A stretch of DNA of 48,517 bases from Candidatus Aminicenantales bacterium (GTDB lineage: Bacteria > Acidobacteriota > Aminicenantia > Aminicenantales > Saccharicenantaceae): assembly GCA_049512315.1 (NCBI GenBank), contig JBEKXF010000023.1, positions 1 to 48,517 on the forward strand, read 5' to 3'. The position numbers were made by a program, and so were the translations under genes. Position 1 is the first letter of the stretch, and every line of letters starts with the position of its first letter. The notes below the pieces were generated by a model. It had not been told where the DNA came from. It made no database searches and saw only the letters and a list, made by a program, of their open reading frames with translations. This document shows, in pieces, positions 1 to 8,966 of the stretch.

Positions 1-56
1 ATCTTCGCCAGCTGTTCCCGCTGCCTCACCCTCAGGTGTCTATAGTGTTCTCCCAT
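1..56 (-). CDS. IS30-family transposase, N-terminal fragment (continues beyond window)
   Basis: ATG at 56 (or in-frame GTG at 62) gives MGEHYRHLRVRQREQLAK, like the 'Y.HL...ERE.I' HTH start of IS30 transposases. Not in the ORF track. Confidence 0.65.
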   Translation of the reverse strand, partial: MGEHYRHLRVRQREQLAK

Positions 57-123
57 TGGCACTTAGGATAGCACCTCCCTAAAAAACTACCCCAAGTGTT
101 GCACTTCACTATTGAACTCGCGC
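1..123 (-). mobile_element. Left end of an IS30-family insertion sequence, truncated by the window edge
   Basis: 96-123 on the minus strand reads GCGCGAGTTCAATAGTGAAGTGCAACAC, resembling IS30-family terminal inverted repeats. It is followed by SD AGGGAGG and a transposase-like N-terminus. The region is AT-rich relative to its flanks. Confidence 0.7.
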
Positions 124-219
124 CCCAAAAAAGAAGAATTAAGGTCAAAAAGCGCCCCAAATATTTGATTATTTCATTTATTATAAATAAGTTGCTGAGG
201 CCCAACCCCATTATCTCAA

Positions 220-2172
220 TTATCTCGGTCGGCGGGGCGGCTTGGTCAGCTCCCAGTAGATCGAATACCTCTGGCCGAACAGCTTGTAAAAAGGGACCAG
301 GGTGACGTCGTTCGGCTTGCCGGCGTTCACGGTCTCGAAGGTCAGGGGCTTTCCGGCCACGGGCTTGATCCAGCTTATGAGCGGCGCGTCATTCTTGCCT
401 TCGAACGTGGGGACGGCGACGGGATCGCCTTCGGGGCCGTAAAGGCCGGAGACCTTTTCGGGGGTCAGCCCTTCGGCGCCTCCCAGCGCGCCCGCGAGGA
501 CGATCGGCCCGTAGAGAATGGCCGCGATGTCACGCCGGTCCGGGAGCCTCTCGAGCCGGAGATCCATGGGCAGGGCGATCTCGATCCTGTCGCCGTTTTT
601 CCAGACCCGCCTGACCGTCAGGTAGCTCGCCGAGCTCGAAAACTCCGCGAGCTTCTGCCCGTTGATCTTCATAAAGCCGCCGTCCCCGATCCAGCCGGGG
701 ATCCGGATATGGAGGGCGAGATCGACCGGCCTGGATGCGGAGACGATCAGGGTCGTCTTCGGCTCCTCGGGGAAGCGCGTCTCCTGACGGACCTTGAGGC
801 CCTTTTCGGCCCAGTTGAGCTCGGAGGCGATGAAGAGGTTGATGAAGAGCCCCGCGCCGTCATGGAAATAAATGCTGTCGCCGTACTTGGCGTGATTCTC
901 CATCCCCGTCCCCGTGCAGCACCAGAACGAGTCGAACGGCTTCATGAAGGTCTTGAACATCCCCGGCATCATCGGAACGTAATACATCAGCATGGCGTCG
1001 TCCGGGTTCTGGGTGGGGAGGATTCCGTTCCAGAGGGCCCTCTCGTAGTAGTCGGCGTACTTCGCGGCCGCCTCCCAGCTGAAGAGGTGGCGGGTGAGCT
1101 TGAGCATGTTGTAGGTGCAGCAGGACTCGTGGCTGTTCCTGCCGAGCTCGTCGCAGATCTGGAAGGGGTCGGTCTCCCAGGCCTCGTTGTCGCTCGTCCC
1201 GCCTGTCACGAACGAGCGGGCGCCCGTGACCTGGTTCCAGAAAAAGGTCGTGATCCCGTAGAGCGCCGGGTCGCCCGTCATTTCATATTCGCGGGCCGAC
1301 CCGATGATATTGGGGATGAACGAATTGACATGCTCGCCCTTCATCCTGTCCTCGGACCGCGAGAGGGGCTCGGTATAATGCCTCTCGTCGAAGCGGCGGG
1401 CGGTGGCCAGATATTCGGCCTTGCCCGTGATCGAGTAGAGGTTCGCCAGAACCTCGTTCATCCCGCCCTGCTCGGTGAAGCTCAGGACCCGCTCCATGTG
1501 GGTGGGGTCGGACCTGTCGGTCCGCGATTTGACCCAGCGGGCCATCCCTTCGGCAACGTCCAGGGCCTGGGCATTGCCGCAGAATTCGAACATGTCCACC
1601 AGACCGGCCATGATCTTGTGGATCGTGTAGTACGGAGCCCAGACCTGGCGGACCGACTCGACGCGGTCGAAGAACGTTTCCGGAAAGGCGCTCAGATAGC
1701 CGCTCGGGCCGAGGGCCTTCTGGCACTCGGCGAGACCGGCCACGATGGCGTCCGCCTTGGCCTTGATCCGTGGGTCTCCGGTCGCCGCGAACATCAGGGC
1801 TGAGGCCGAAAGGAAGTGGCCGATCGTATGGCCGCGCAGCTCCACGTCCGCCTTCTCCCAGCCGCCGTACGGCTGGGCCGAGGAGGGGAGGCCCGCCGTG
1901 ACCCGGAACATGTGGAGGAGCCGGTCGCCCTCGAGGCTCAGCATGTAGTTGAGGTCGCGCTCCATGGCCTGCTTGAACGGGCCGTCGAGCAGCCGGACGT
2001 CCCTGAGGTTAAACGGGTAAGCGCGGATCTCGACCTTCGGGGCGACTAGGGTCTTGGGGAACATCGTGTCTGCCAGGGCGGCCTTGTTCTGGGCCCGGAC
2101 CGTGCCCGCGGCGAGGATTGTCCCGGCCATAACCATGACGATGACGATGGGCCTAACGGGTTTTGTCTTCAT
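220..2172 (-). CDS. Secreted beta-L-arabinofuranosidase-like glycoside hydrolase (DUF1680; GH146/GH127)
   Basis: Signal peptide; motifs GHTIGHFLSA, WAPYYTIHK, EQGGMNE, ESCCTYNMLKL, FWCCTGTG, YGPIVLAG; SD AAGGAGA. Confidence 0.9.
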   Translation of the reverse strand: MKTKPVRPIVIVMVMAGTILAAGTVRAQNKAALADTMFPKTLVAPKVEIRAYPFNLRDVRLLDGPFKQAMERDLNYMLSLEGDRLLHMFRVTAGLPSSAQPYGGWEKADVELRGHTIGHFLSASALMFAATGDPRIKAKADAIVAGLAECQKALGPSGYLSAFPETFFDRVESVRQVWAPYYTIHKIMAGLVDMFEFCGNAQALDVAEGMARWVKSRTDRSDPTHMERVLSFTEQGGMNEVLANLYSITGKAEYLATARRFDERHYTEPLSRSEDRMKGEHVNSFIPNIIGSAREYEMTGDPALYGITTFFWNQVTGARSFVTGGTSDNEAWETDPFQICDELGRNSHESCCTYNMLKLTRHLFSWEAAAKYADYYERALWNGILPTQNPDDAMLMYYVPMMPGMFKTFMKPFDSFWCCTGTGMENHAKYGDSIYFHDGAGLFINLFIASELNWAEKGLKVRQETRFPEEPKTTLIVSASRPVDLALHIRIPGWIGDGGFMKINGQKLAEFSSSASYLTVRRVWKNGDRIEIALPMDLRLERLPDRRDIAAILYGPIVLAGALGGAEGLTPEKVSGLYGPEGDPVAVPTFEGKNDAPLISWIKPVAGKPLTFETVNAGKPNDVTLVPFYKLFGQRYSIYWELTKPPRRPR

Positions 2173-2198
2173 GGCGTCTCCTTCCGGGATCGGACCCC

Positions 2199-2275
2199 TA
2201 ACTTAACACCCCCGGAGATAGCCGTCAACGGAAGGGCTCCTTTCGGTTGATTTTCGGGGCCCTTCGGACTAATCT
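2199..2275. promoter_or_regulatory. Back-to-back sigma70-type promoters for the two glycosidase genes, with an intervening dyad
   Basis: Minus strand: TTGACG-17-TAAGTT. Plus strand: TTGATT(2247)-17-TAATCT(2270). Imperfect inverted repeat CGGAAGGGCTCC / GGGGCCCTTCGG at about 2229-2267. Confidence 0.55.
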
Positions 2276-2327
2276 TCTCTCTGACGGTGAAAGCGGCCAT
2301 CGGCCCACCGATACAAAGGAGATCCCG

Positions 2328-5249
2328 GTGAAAGCCCTTGATCGGAAGTCCTCCGCGCTCGTGATCCTCGGCATTGTCGCCCTCGCCGTCCCGCTGGCCG
2401 CCGGGCCGGCCCGCCTGCCTTCTCTCCCGGCGCAGGAGAACGCCCTCGCCCTCGAGAACGGTCTGCTCAAGGCCGAGTTCAACGACCACGGCCTTGTTTC
2501 CCTCACCGAAGTCAAAGCGAACAGGAAGATCGTCCTTTCGGCGGACCCCTCCGTGCTGACCATCGACGGCACGAAGATATCCGTCGAGACCTTGGGCCTG
2601 GCTGAGATCGAGACGAAGCCGGCCCGGCTGACCTATCGCTACACCCAGGACCCTTATACGATCGAGGTCGTCTACGAGCTCCGCCCCGGCTGGGGGTTCC
2701 TGAGCAAGCAGGTCATCCTGACCTCGGCCGTGAGTGCTCCCTTCCACGTCAACGAGGTCACGCCACTCTCCTCGTCCCTGAGCCTTCCCGTCCTCGATGA
2801 GCTCAAGCTCGCCGGCGGCAAGTGGGGGTCGTTCTGCCGCTTCGGGGGCGACGAGGCCGCTTCGAACGCGCCGTCCTGGGGCCTGTTCTTCGTCGTCCAG
2901 AACCCGTTCCTGGCCTGGAAGCGCGACGGGCGAAGCGTCACCGCCTCCTATGCCCCCGATATGGACTGGAAGCCCGACGACGGCCCCTTCGCCTCGGACC
3001 GCCTCTGCATCGGATTGTACGAGCTCAGCGGCGTCCGTTTCCCGGCTCAGGCTGTTCCCGAATGGGAATTCGTCGCGGATTACGGAAAGCTCCTGGCCGA
3101 AGTCCCGACGATCGACGCGAACGAGGTTAACGCCCTGACGGACTGCGTCCGGTCCTTCCTTCTTTATTATCCGGGCCGGGTCCGGGTCCACATCCCCTGG
3201 TGCGAGAACGACTACCAGGTCGATGTCGGGACGCCGGAGGGAGTCGAGGAGTACAAGCGGATCATGGGCCGGGCGGCCGAGCTCGGAGCGACCCACCTTC
3301 TCTACACGCCCGCCAACCGTGAGCTCTCCCGGCTCGAGGACAACGCCGACGCCTGGGGCTGGGAGAACATCCTCTGGTTCGGCCTGGGCCAGAAGATCCG
3401 GAAGGGGGAGTGGGACCCCGCGCGCGACGACGTCCCCCCGGGCCTCCAGGCGATGCTGGATTATGCGGCCTCGAAGAACTTGAAGCTTATGGCCTATGCC
3501 TATCCCTCGCTCCCGTTCCTCCAGAAACCCGAATGGACCAAATGGGCCGGGGACAAGGTCGGCGGTCACGCCGGGGCTGACACGGGGGACCGCAGCTTCC
3601 AGGACTGGTGGATCGCGAAGCTCCTGGCCTTCGCCCGCAAGACGGGCGCGGCCGGATTCTCCTTCGACCACTGGTGGATCGCCTACGACAACGCCTCGAG
3701 CAAGTACGCCCAGTGGTACGGCTGTCGCCGCATCCTGGAGACGCTTCGGCGCGAGGCCCCCGAGATCGTCATCGACGGCCGCCAGCAGTACCAGAATTTC
3801 GGCCCCTGGACGTGGCTCGGCGGGTCCTATCCTCACCCCACCCTCACCGACGAGCAGCCCGAGAGCTTCAGGGCCTTCCCGGACCTGCACACGGACCGGG
3901 TGTCGGCCGACCGGCAACGCTTCGCCGCCTGGACCTACCGTGTCGAGCGGTTCGCCCCGCCCGAGATCATGCCCGGCTACATGACCCACCAATCGGAGCG
4001 CTCGGACGAAAAGGAGAACATGCATCGCGATAGGTTCCGGCCAAAAGATTGGGACTATCTCGGCTGGAAGTATTCCGTTCTTTCGTCGATCGGCACGGCC
4101 CCGTTTAACCATGTCATCGATTTCATCCCGGCCCGCGACCCAGAGGAGTTCAAGGCCTTCTCGGAAAACGACAAGGCCTGGTTCCGGCGCTGGCTCGACT
4201 GGACGGACGAGAACGCCCGGTACATGCACGCCCTGCGGCCGATCATCGGCCCGCCCATGGTCGGCCGGCCGGACGGGACGGCGGCGATCGTCGACGGCCG
4301 CGGCTTTGTTTTCCTCTTCAACCCGAACCCGGGCCGCGTCGAGGCCCGTTTCAGGCTCGACGCGTCGATCGGGCTCGTTCAGGGCGGTCGCTTCGTCATC
4401 CGGGAGATCCATCCGGAGGAAGGGAAGCTCATCGGATCGGCCGAAGGATTCTGGAAGGCAGGAAGCGAGGTCGTCCTGCCCTTGGCAGGGGCGGAGGCGC
4501 GCGTTTTCGAGGTCTTCCAGGCCCCGGCAGAGCTCGAGGAGCCGGCGCTGTTCAACACCACCGGCTCGCTCGTCTTCAAGAACGGCCGGCTCGTCCTGAG
4601 CGGGGTCTCGGGCGAAACGGGGACGAGCTCGGAAGCCCTGGTCCTTCTCCCGGCGGGGAAGACCGCCCGGACCGTGTCGGTCAACGGAGTTCCCCTTCCT
4701 TTCAAGCAAAAAGCAGACGTGGTCCCGTTCACGGTCCGGTTCGCCGGGAAGGCCTTCAGCCGGCTCCAGCGCGTCGGGAGCTACGACCCGGCCTTCAAGG
4801 GGGGAACAGTCAGGGCCAAGCTCGCCATCCCGTCCCGCGTTTTCAGGCAGCTCGCGGAGAGAAAAACAAAATGGCCCGTCGCTTACACGGCGGACGACCT
4901 TCGGGCCCCGTGGCTCGGCCCGTGGCGGCTTCTCCTTTTTGTATCCATCGCCGACCCGCTGGAGACCATGGACGTGGCCGTCAAGATCAACGGGAGTCCG
5001 GTCGAAGTGAAAAAGGCCTACAACAGCGTCTATCCCCATTCACCCAACCGAACCTACCTGGGGAGCTATCTGGACCTTTCCGGACTCAAGCCGGACATGG
5101 CCTACGATATCGAAGCGACCATCCCGCCGCTTGCTCCCGGCCAGTTCCTCGGCCTGTTCTTCGAGAATATCGAGGCGGAATACACGACCCAGATCGCGGT
5201 GCCCCTGCCGAAGGCTCCCGCCCGTCCCGCCCCTCCGGTCAGGAAATAG
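2328..5249 (+). CDS. Large secreted hypothetical protein, putative glycoside hydrolase (GH36/GH27 clan-like barrel)
   Basis: GTG 2328 follows SD AAAGGAG; signal peptide; Trp/Asp-rich central region (WCENDYQVD, AGFSFDHWW, IVIDGRQ); divergent from a GH146/127 gene. Confidence 0.6.
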   Translation: MKALDRKSSALVILGIVALAVPLAAGPARLPSLPAQENALALENGLLKAEFNDHGLVSLTEVKANRKIVLSADPSVLTIDGTKISVETLGLAEIETKPARLTYRYTQDPYTIEVVYELRPGWGFLSKQVILTSAVSAPFHVNEVTPLSSSLSLPVLDELKLAGGKWGSFCRFGGDEAASNAPSWGLFFVVQNPFLAWKRDGRSVTASYAPDMDWKPDDGPFASDRLCIGLYELSGVRFPAQAVPEWEFVADYGKLLAEVPTIDANEVNALTDCVRSFLLYYPGRVRVHIPWCENDYQVDVGTPEGVEEYKRIMGRAAELGATHLLYTPANRELSRLEDNADAWGWENILWFGLGQKIRKGEWDPARDDVPPGLQAMLDYAASKNLKLMAYAYPSLPFLQKPEWTKWAGDKVGGHAGADTGDRSFQDWWIAKLLAFARKTGAAGFSFDHWWIAYDNASSKYAQWYGCRRILETLRREAPEIVIDGRQQYQNFGPWTWLGGSYPHPTLTDEQPESFRAFPDLHTDRVSADRQRFAAWTYRVERFAPPEIMPGYMTHQSERSDEKENMHRDRFRPKDWDYLGWKYSVLSSIGTAPFNHVIDFIPARDPEEFKAFSENDKAWFRRWLDWTDENARYMHALRPIIGPPMVGRPDGTAAIVDGRGFVFLFNPNPGRVEARFRLDASIGLVQGGRFVIREIHPEEGKLIGSAEGFWKAGSEVVLPLAGAEARVFEVFQAPAELEEPALFNTTGSLVFKNGRLVLSGVSGETGTSSEALVLLPAGKTARTVSVNGVPLPFKQKADVVPFTVRFAGKAFSRLQRVGSYDPAFKGGTVRAKLAIPSRVFRQLAERKTKWPVAYTADDLRAPWLGPWRLLLFVSIADPLETMDVAVKINGSPVEVKKAYNSVYPHSPNRTYLGSYLDLSGLKPDMAYDIEATIPPLAPGQFLGLFFENIEAEYTTQIAVPLPKAPARPAPPVRK

Positions 5250-5299
5250 GAAGCCGGCCCGGGCGACGGGCGGGACGAGTTCCCGGAGCCCGTGTTCTA

Positions 5300-5328
5300 T
5301 TGACTCGGGCGGAACAATTGCATATCCT
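5300..5328 (+). promoter_or_regulatory. sigma70-type promoter of the GntR gene
   Basis: TTGACT-17-TATCCT. Confidence 0.55.
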
Positions 5329-5352
5329 TAATTTTCACGAACCTAGGAGCCG

Positions 5353-6054
5353 ATGGAGGCCGTCCCCATGGATGGAAAGCCCATTCTCAATATCAAATCC
5401 CTGAAGGAGCAGGTCTACGAGTATCTCCGGGAGCAGCTGCGGACGGGGGAGATCCGGCCGGGCTCGGTGATCGACATGGAAGAGACGTCGAAAAAGCTCG
5501 GCGTCAGCAAGACCCCTCTCCGGGACGCCCTCCTCCAGCTCGAGATGGAGGACTTCGTCTCCATCCTGCCGCGGCGCAAGGTCGTCGTCAACGTCCTGTC
5601 CACGGAGGACATCCGGAACTATTACGATATTGTCGGCGCCCTGGAGAGCATCGCCCTGCTCAAGGCCTTTGACCGCATCCGGCCGGCGGACGTCGACGCC
5701 ATGCAGGCCCTGAACGACGCCATGGCCAAGGCCATCGACGACAACGACTTCGACCTCTACTACGAAAAGAACCTCGCCCTTCACGAAACGTTCCTCAATC
5801 GCTGCGGCAACGAGAACCTGATCAGGATCGTCAACACCCTGAAAAAACGCCTCTACGATTTCCCGCGGTCCAAGGGGTTCGTCAAGGAATGGGAGCAGGC
5901 CAGCATCGGCGAGCACCAGGCCCTCATCGACCTCGTCCGTCAGGGGAATCGGGAGGCGGCGGCCAACCACATAAGGGACGTCCACTGGTCCTTCAAGGTC
6001 CAGGAGCCGTTCATCCACAGGTACTACGCCCACATCGCCCAAGGAGCGGGATGA
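5353..6054 (+). CDS. GntR-family transcriptional regulator (FCD domain)
   Basis: SLKEQVYEYLRE...LGVSKTPLRDAL winged HTH plus FCD His motifs (ALHE, GEHQALI, NHI). The start may be 5368. Confidence 0.92.
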   Translation: MEAVPMDGKPILNIKSLKEQVYEYLREQLRTGEIRPGSVIDMEETSKKLGVSKTPLRDALLQLEMEDFVSILPRRKVVVNVLSTEDIRNYYDIVGALESIALLKAFDRIRPADVDAMQALNDAMAKAIDDNDFDLYYEKNLALHETFLNRCGNENLIRIVNTLKKRLYDFPRSKGFVKEWEQASIGEHQALIDLVRQGNREAAANHIRDVHWSFKVQEPFIHRYYAHIAQGAG

Positions 6055-6091
6055 AACCGAAGATTCGCCGTCATCGCTGAACAGAAATCTC

Positions 6092-7150
6092 ATGCCCAAG
6101 GAGACAATGTCGCCCCGGGAGCGGTGGCTGGCGGTTTTCTGGAGGAAAAAACCCGACCGGGTCCCCATGGATTTCTGGGGGACCGACGAGACCGTGGCCG
6201 GCCTCATGAGACACCTCGGCTGCGCCAGCCGGAGGGAAGCCCTCGAGAAGCTCCATGTGGACTTTGTCATCAAGGCGGCTCCCCGCTACGTCGGCCCCGC
6301 CCTCCCGGCCGGGCTTGACGCCTTCGGCCGTGCCTACCGGAAAATGCGCTACGAGACGGGCGTTTATGACGAGTGCGTCTCGAGTCCGCTGGCGGCTTTC
6401 AGGTCCGTCGCCGAGATCGAGAGGAGTTATGCCTGGCCCGAACCCGACTGGTGGGACTATGCGTCCATCGCGACCGAGCTCAGAGGGCTGGAGATGTACC
6501 CGGTCCAGGGGGGCGGTTCGGAGCCGTTCCTCATCTACAAGGACCTCCGCGGCCCGGAGCAGGCCTTCATCGACCTCGTCGAGAACCCGGAAATCGTCCA
6601 TTACTGCCTGGGCAAGCTTTTTGCCCTCGCCTACGAGGACACCCGGCGGACCTTTGAGGCCATCCCCTGCCAGGTCCTGTTCACCTACGTGGCCGAGGAC
6701 ATGGGCGCCCAGAACGACCTGATGCTATCGGCCGGCCACATCCGCGAATTCCTGCTCCCAGGGATGAAACGGATCATCGACCTGTCCCACGAGGGAGGGG
6801 CCTTCGTTTTCCATCACAACGACGGCGGCATCCGGCGGATCCTGCCGGACATGATTGCGGCCGGCATCGACCTCCTCAATCCCATCCAGTGGCGCTGCGG
6901 CGGCATGGAACGGGAAGGGCTGAAGAGGGACTTTGGGACCAAGGTTGTCTTCCACGGGGGGATGGACAACCAGCAGACCCTGCCGTTCGGCACGGTCGGC
7001 GATGTCAAAAAGGAGGTCCTCGACAACCTCAGGATCCTGGGTCGCGACGGCGGCTACATCCTGGCCCCCTGCCACAACATCCAGGCGCTGACCCCTCCCG
7101 GGAACATCGTCGCCATGTACGAGACCGGCTACGAGCACGGCTGGACGTGA
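6092..7150 (+). CDS. Uroporphyrinogen decarboxylase / MtaA-CmuA-like family protein
   Basis: MSPRERWLA...KPDRVP, AEDMGAQ, HHNDG, LLNPIQ, FHGGMDNQ, GGYILAPCHNIQ. Confidence 0.88.
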   Translation: MPKETMSPRERWLAVFWRKKPDRVPMDFWGTDETVAGLMRHLGCASRREALEKLHVDFVIKAAPRYVGPALPAGLDAFGRAYRKMRYETGVYDECVSSPLAAFRSVAEIERSYAWPEPDWWDYASIATELRGLEMYPVQGGGSEPFLIYKDLRGPEQAFIDLVENPEIVHYCLGKLFALAYEDTRRTFEAIPCQVLFTYVAEDMGAQNDLMLSAGHIREFLLPGMKRIIDLSHEGGAFVFHHNDGGIRRILPDMIAAGIDLLNPIQWRCGGMEREGLKRDFGTKVVFHGGMDNQQTLPFGTVGDVKKEVLDNLRILGRDGGYILAPCHNIQALTPPGNIVAMYETGYEHGWT

Positions 7151-7220
7151 GCCGGGCCGGGAATCAAAAGTGTTGGTCGATGGCCCTCAAACCTGCTAGA
7201 GTACGCAGGAGGGGAGAATC

Positions 7221-8930
7221 ATGAACCTGCTCCGGCGCCGGGGAAAAACCGATCAGCCGGCTCGGCCCGACGTCCCCTTTTCCCAGACGTTCAGCCTCGG
7301 AGAGTTCCAGGGGCGCTTGGAGGAACGGATCCGGGCGTGGGAGAAAGCCGGCTTCCTTCGCCGCCTCCGGGCCAAAGACCCGTCGCTCTGGCCGTCCGGC
7401 CCCGCGACGGAGATCATCCATCGCCTGGGATGGCTGGACCTGCCCGAGATCATGGGGGCCCGGATCGCCGCGTTCAGCGGCCTCGCTGAAGAGATCGAAG
7501 CCGAGGGATTCACCCACGCCGTCCTGCTGGGGATGGGCGGATCGAGCCTGGCTCCCGAGGTCTTCCAGAAGACGTTCGGCAGCGCGCCCGGATACCCATG
7601 GCTCGTCGTCCTCGACAGCACCCATCCCGCGGCGGTTGCGGCCGTCGAACGGATGGCCGACCTCCCGCGGACGCTTTTCATCGTTTCGAGCAAGTCGGGG
7701 ACAACGATCGAGCCGCTCTCCTTCTTCCGCTATTTCTGGCATCGGATGAGCCAGGTCACGAATGCGCCGGGGCGCCATTTCATCGCCATTACCGATCCGG
7801 GGACGCCCCTTGTGGCCCTGGCCCGGGACAGGAATTTCCGGCGCGTCTTCGAGGCCGACCCCGATGTCGGGGGCCGTTTTTCGGCTTTAACCGAGTTCGG
7901 GCTGGTCCCCGCGGCCCTCATCGGCCTGGACATTCGCAGGCTCCTCGCGAGGGCCTGGGCCGAGGCCGGCGACAATGCCCCGGACGTCCCGGAAGGGGAA
8001 GCGCCGGGCCTTCGGCTCGGCGCCGCCTTGGGCGAAACCGCCCGCCTGAGGGACAAGCTGACCATCCTGACCTCGTCCTCGCTCCGGAGCTTCCCCGATT
8101 GGCTCGAGCAGCTCATCGCCGAAAGCACGGGCAAGGACGGAAAGGGGATCGTCCCCGTCACAGGCGAACCGGTCCTCCCGGCCGGACTTTACGGCACGGA
8201 CAGAACCTTTGTTTCGCTTGCCCTGGACGGCGATCAGGCTCGGGGAAACGAAGAGCTCGAGGAGTCGTTGGCGCAGGCCGGCCACCCCGTCATCCGGATC
8301 CGGCTCGATGATGCCTACTCGCTCGGCCGGGAAATTTTCCGCTGGGAGATCGCCGTTGCCGCGGCGGGAGCCTCCCTCGGGATCCAGCCCTTCGACCAGC
8401 CGGACGTGGAGTTAGCCAAGGAGCTGGCGAGGAAGGCGATGGCCCGAAGCGAGGGGTCAGACCCGAAGTCGTCGGAGCCCGGAGATGCCGCGTCGACAGA
8501 CGACCCGGCCGCGCTCAGGGCGGCTTTCGACCGGTGGCTGGCCCAGGTCAGGCCCGGGGATTACATCGCCCTTCAAGCCTACCTCGCTCCTGAGGTTGGA
8601 ACGGGCCGGGCGCTCGAGGACCTCCGCCTTGCTTTTCTGAAAAAGACGGGGCTGGCGACGACTTTCGGCTACGGCCCGCGGTTCCTCCATTCCACGGGCC
8701 AGCTCCACAAGGGCGGCCCCGACGAGGCCCTCGTCCTCCAGCTCATCGACGAACCGCGCCGTGACCTGGCTGTCCCTGAAACGAACTTCACGTTCGGCGC
8801 CTTGATCGGGGCCCAGGCCCTCGGGGATTATCAAGCCCTCCGGCAGCGGGGGCGGCGGGTTCTCCGTGCGAACCTGAAAAGCGATCCTGTCGGCGGGATC
8901 GGACTTTTCAGAGAGTGGACCTGGGCCTGA
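7221..8930 (+). CDS. pgi: Glucose-6-phosphate isomerase (type related to the PGI domain of Tal-Pgi fusions)
   Basis: GMGGSSLAP, SSKSGTTIE, VGGRFSALT, EQLIAESTGK, PFDQPDVE, GPRFLHSTGQLHKGG. Confidence 0.85.
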   Translation: MNLLRRRGKTDQPARPDVPFSQTFSLGEFQGRLEERIRAWEKAGFLRRLRAKDPSLWPSGPATEIIHRLGWLDLPEIMGARIAAFSGLAEEIEAEGFTHAVLLGMGGSSLAPEVFQKTFGSAPGYPWLVVLDSTHPAAVAAVERMADLPRTLFIVSSKSGTTIEPLSFFRYFWHRMSQVTNAPGRHFIAITDPGTPLVALARDRNFRRVFEADPDVGGRFSALTEFGLVPAALIGLDIRRLLARAWAEAGDNAPDVPEGEAPGLRLGAALGETARLRDKLTILTSSSLRSFPDWLEQLIAESTGKDGKGIVPVTGEPVLPAGLYGTDRTFVSLALDGDQARGNEELEESLAQAGHPVIRIRLDDAYSLGREIFRWEIAVAAAGASLGIQPFDQPDVELAKELARKAMARSEGSDPKSSEPGDAASTDDPAALRAAFDRWLAQVRPGDYIALQAYLAPEVGTGRALEDLRLAFLKKTGLATTFGYGPRFLHSTGQLHKGGPDEALVLQLIDEPRRDLAVPETNFTFGALIGAQALGDYQALRQRGRRVLRANLKSDPVGGIGLFREWTWA

Positions 8931-8966
8931 CCGAAGGAGCGGGTTTTTCGGGGAGATCCCCCGGAC

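Noticed and set aside
2169..5039. 956-aa antisense ORF and other long shadow ORFs (e.g. 709-1803, 10703-12115, 22321-23637, 26063-28042, 37858-39210)
   Set aside because: They lie opposite or overlap well-supported genes, are Arg/Gly/Pro-rich with no motifs, and are expected from high-GC codon bias.
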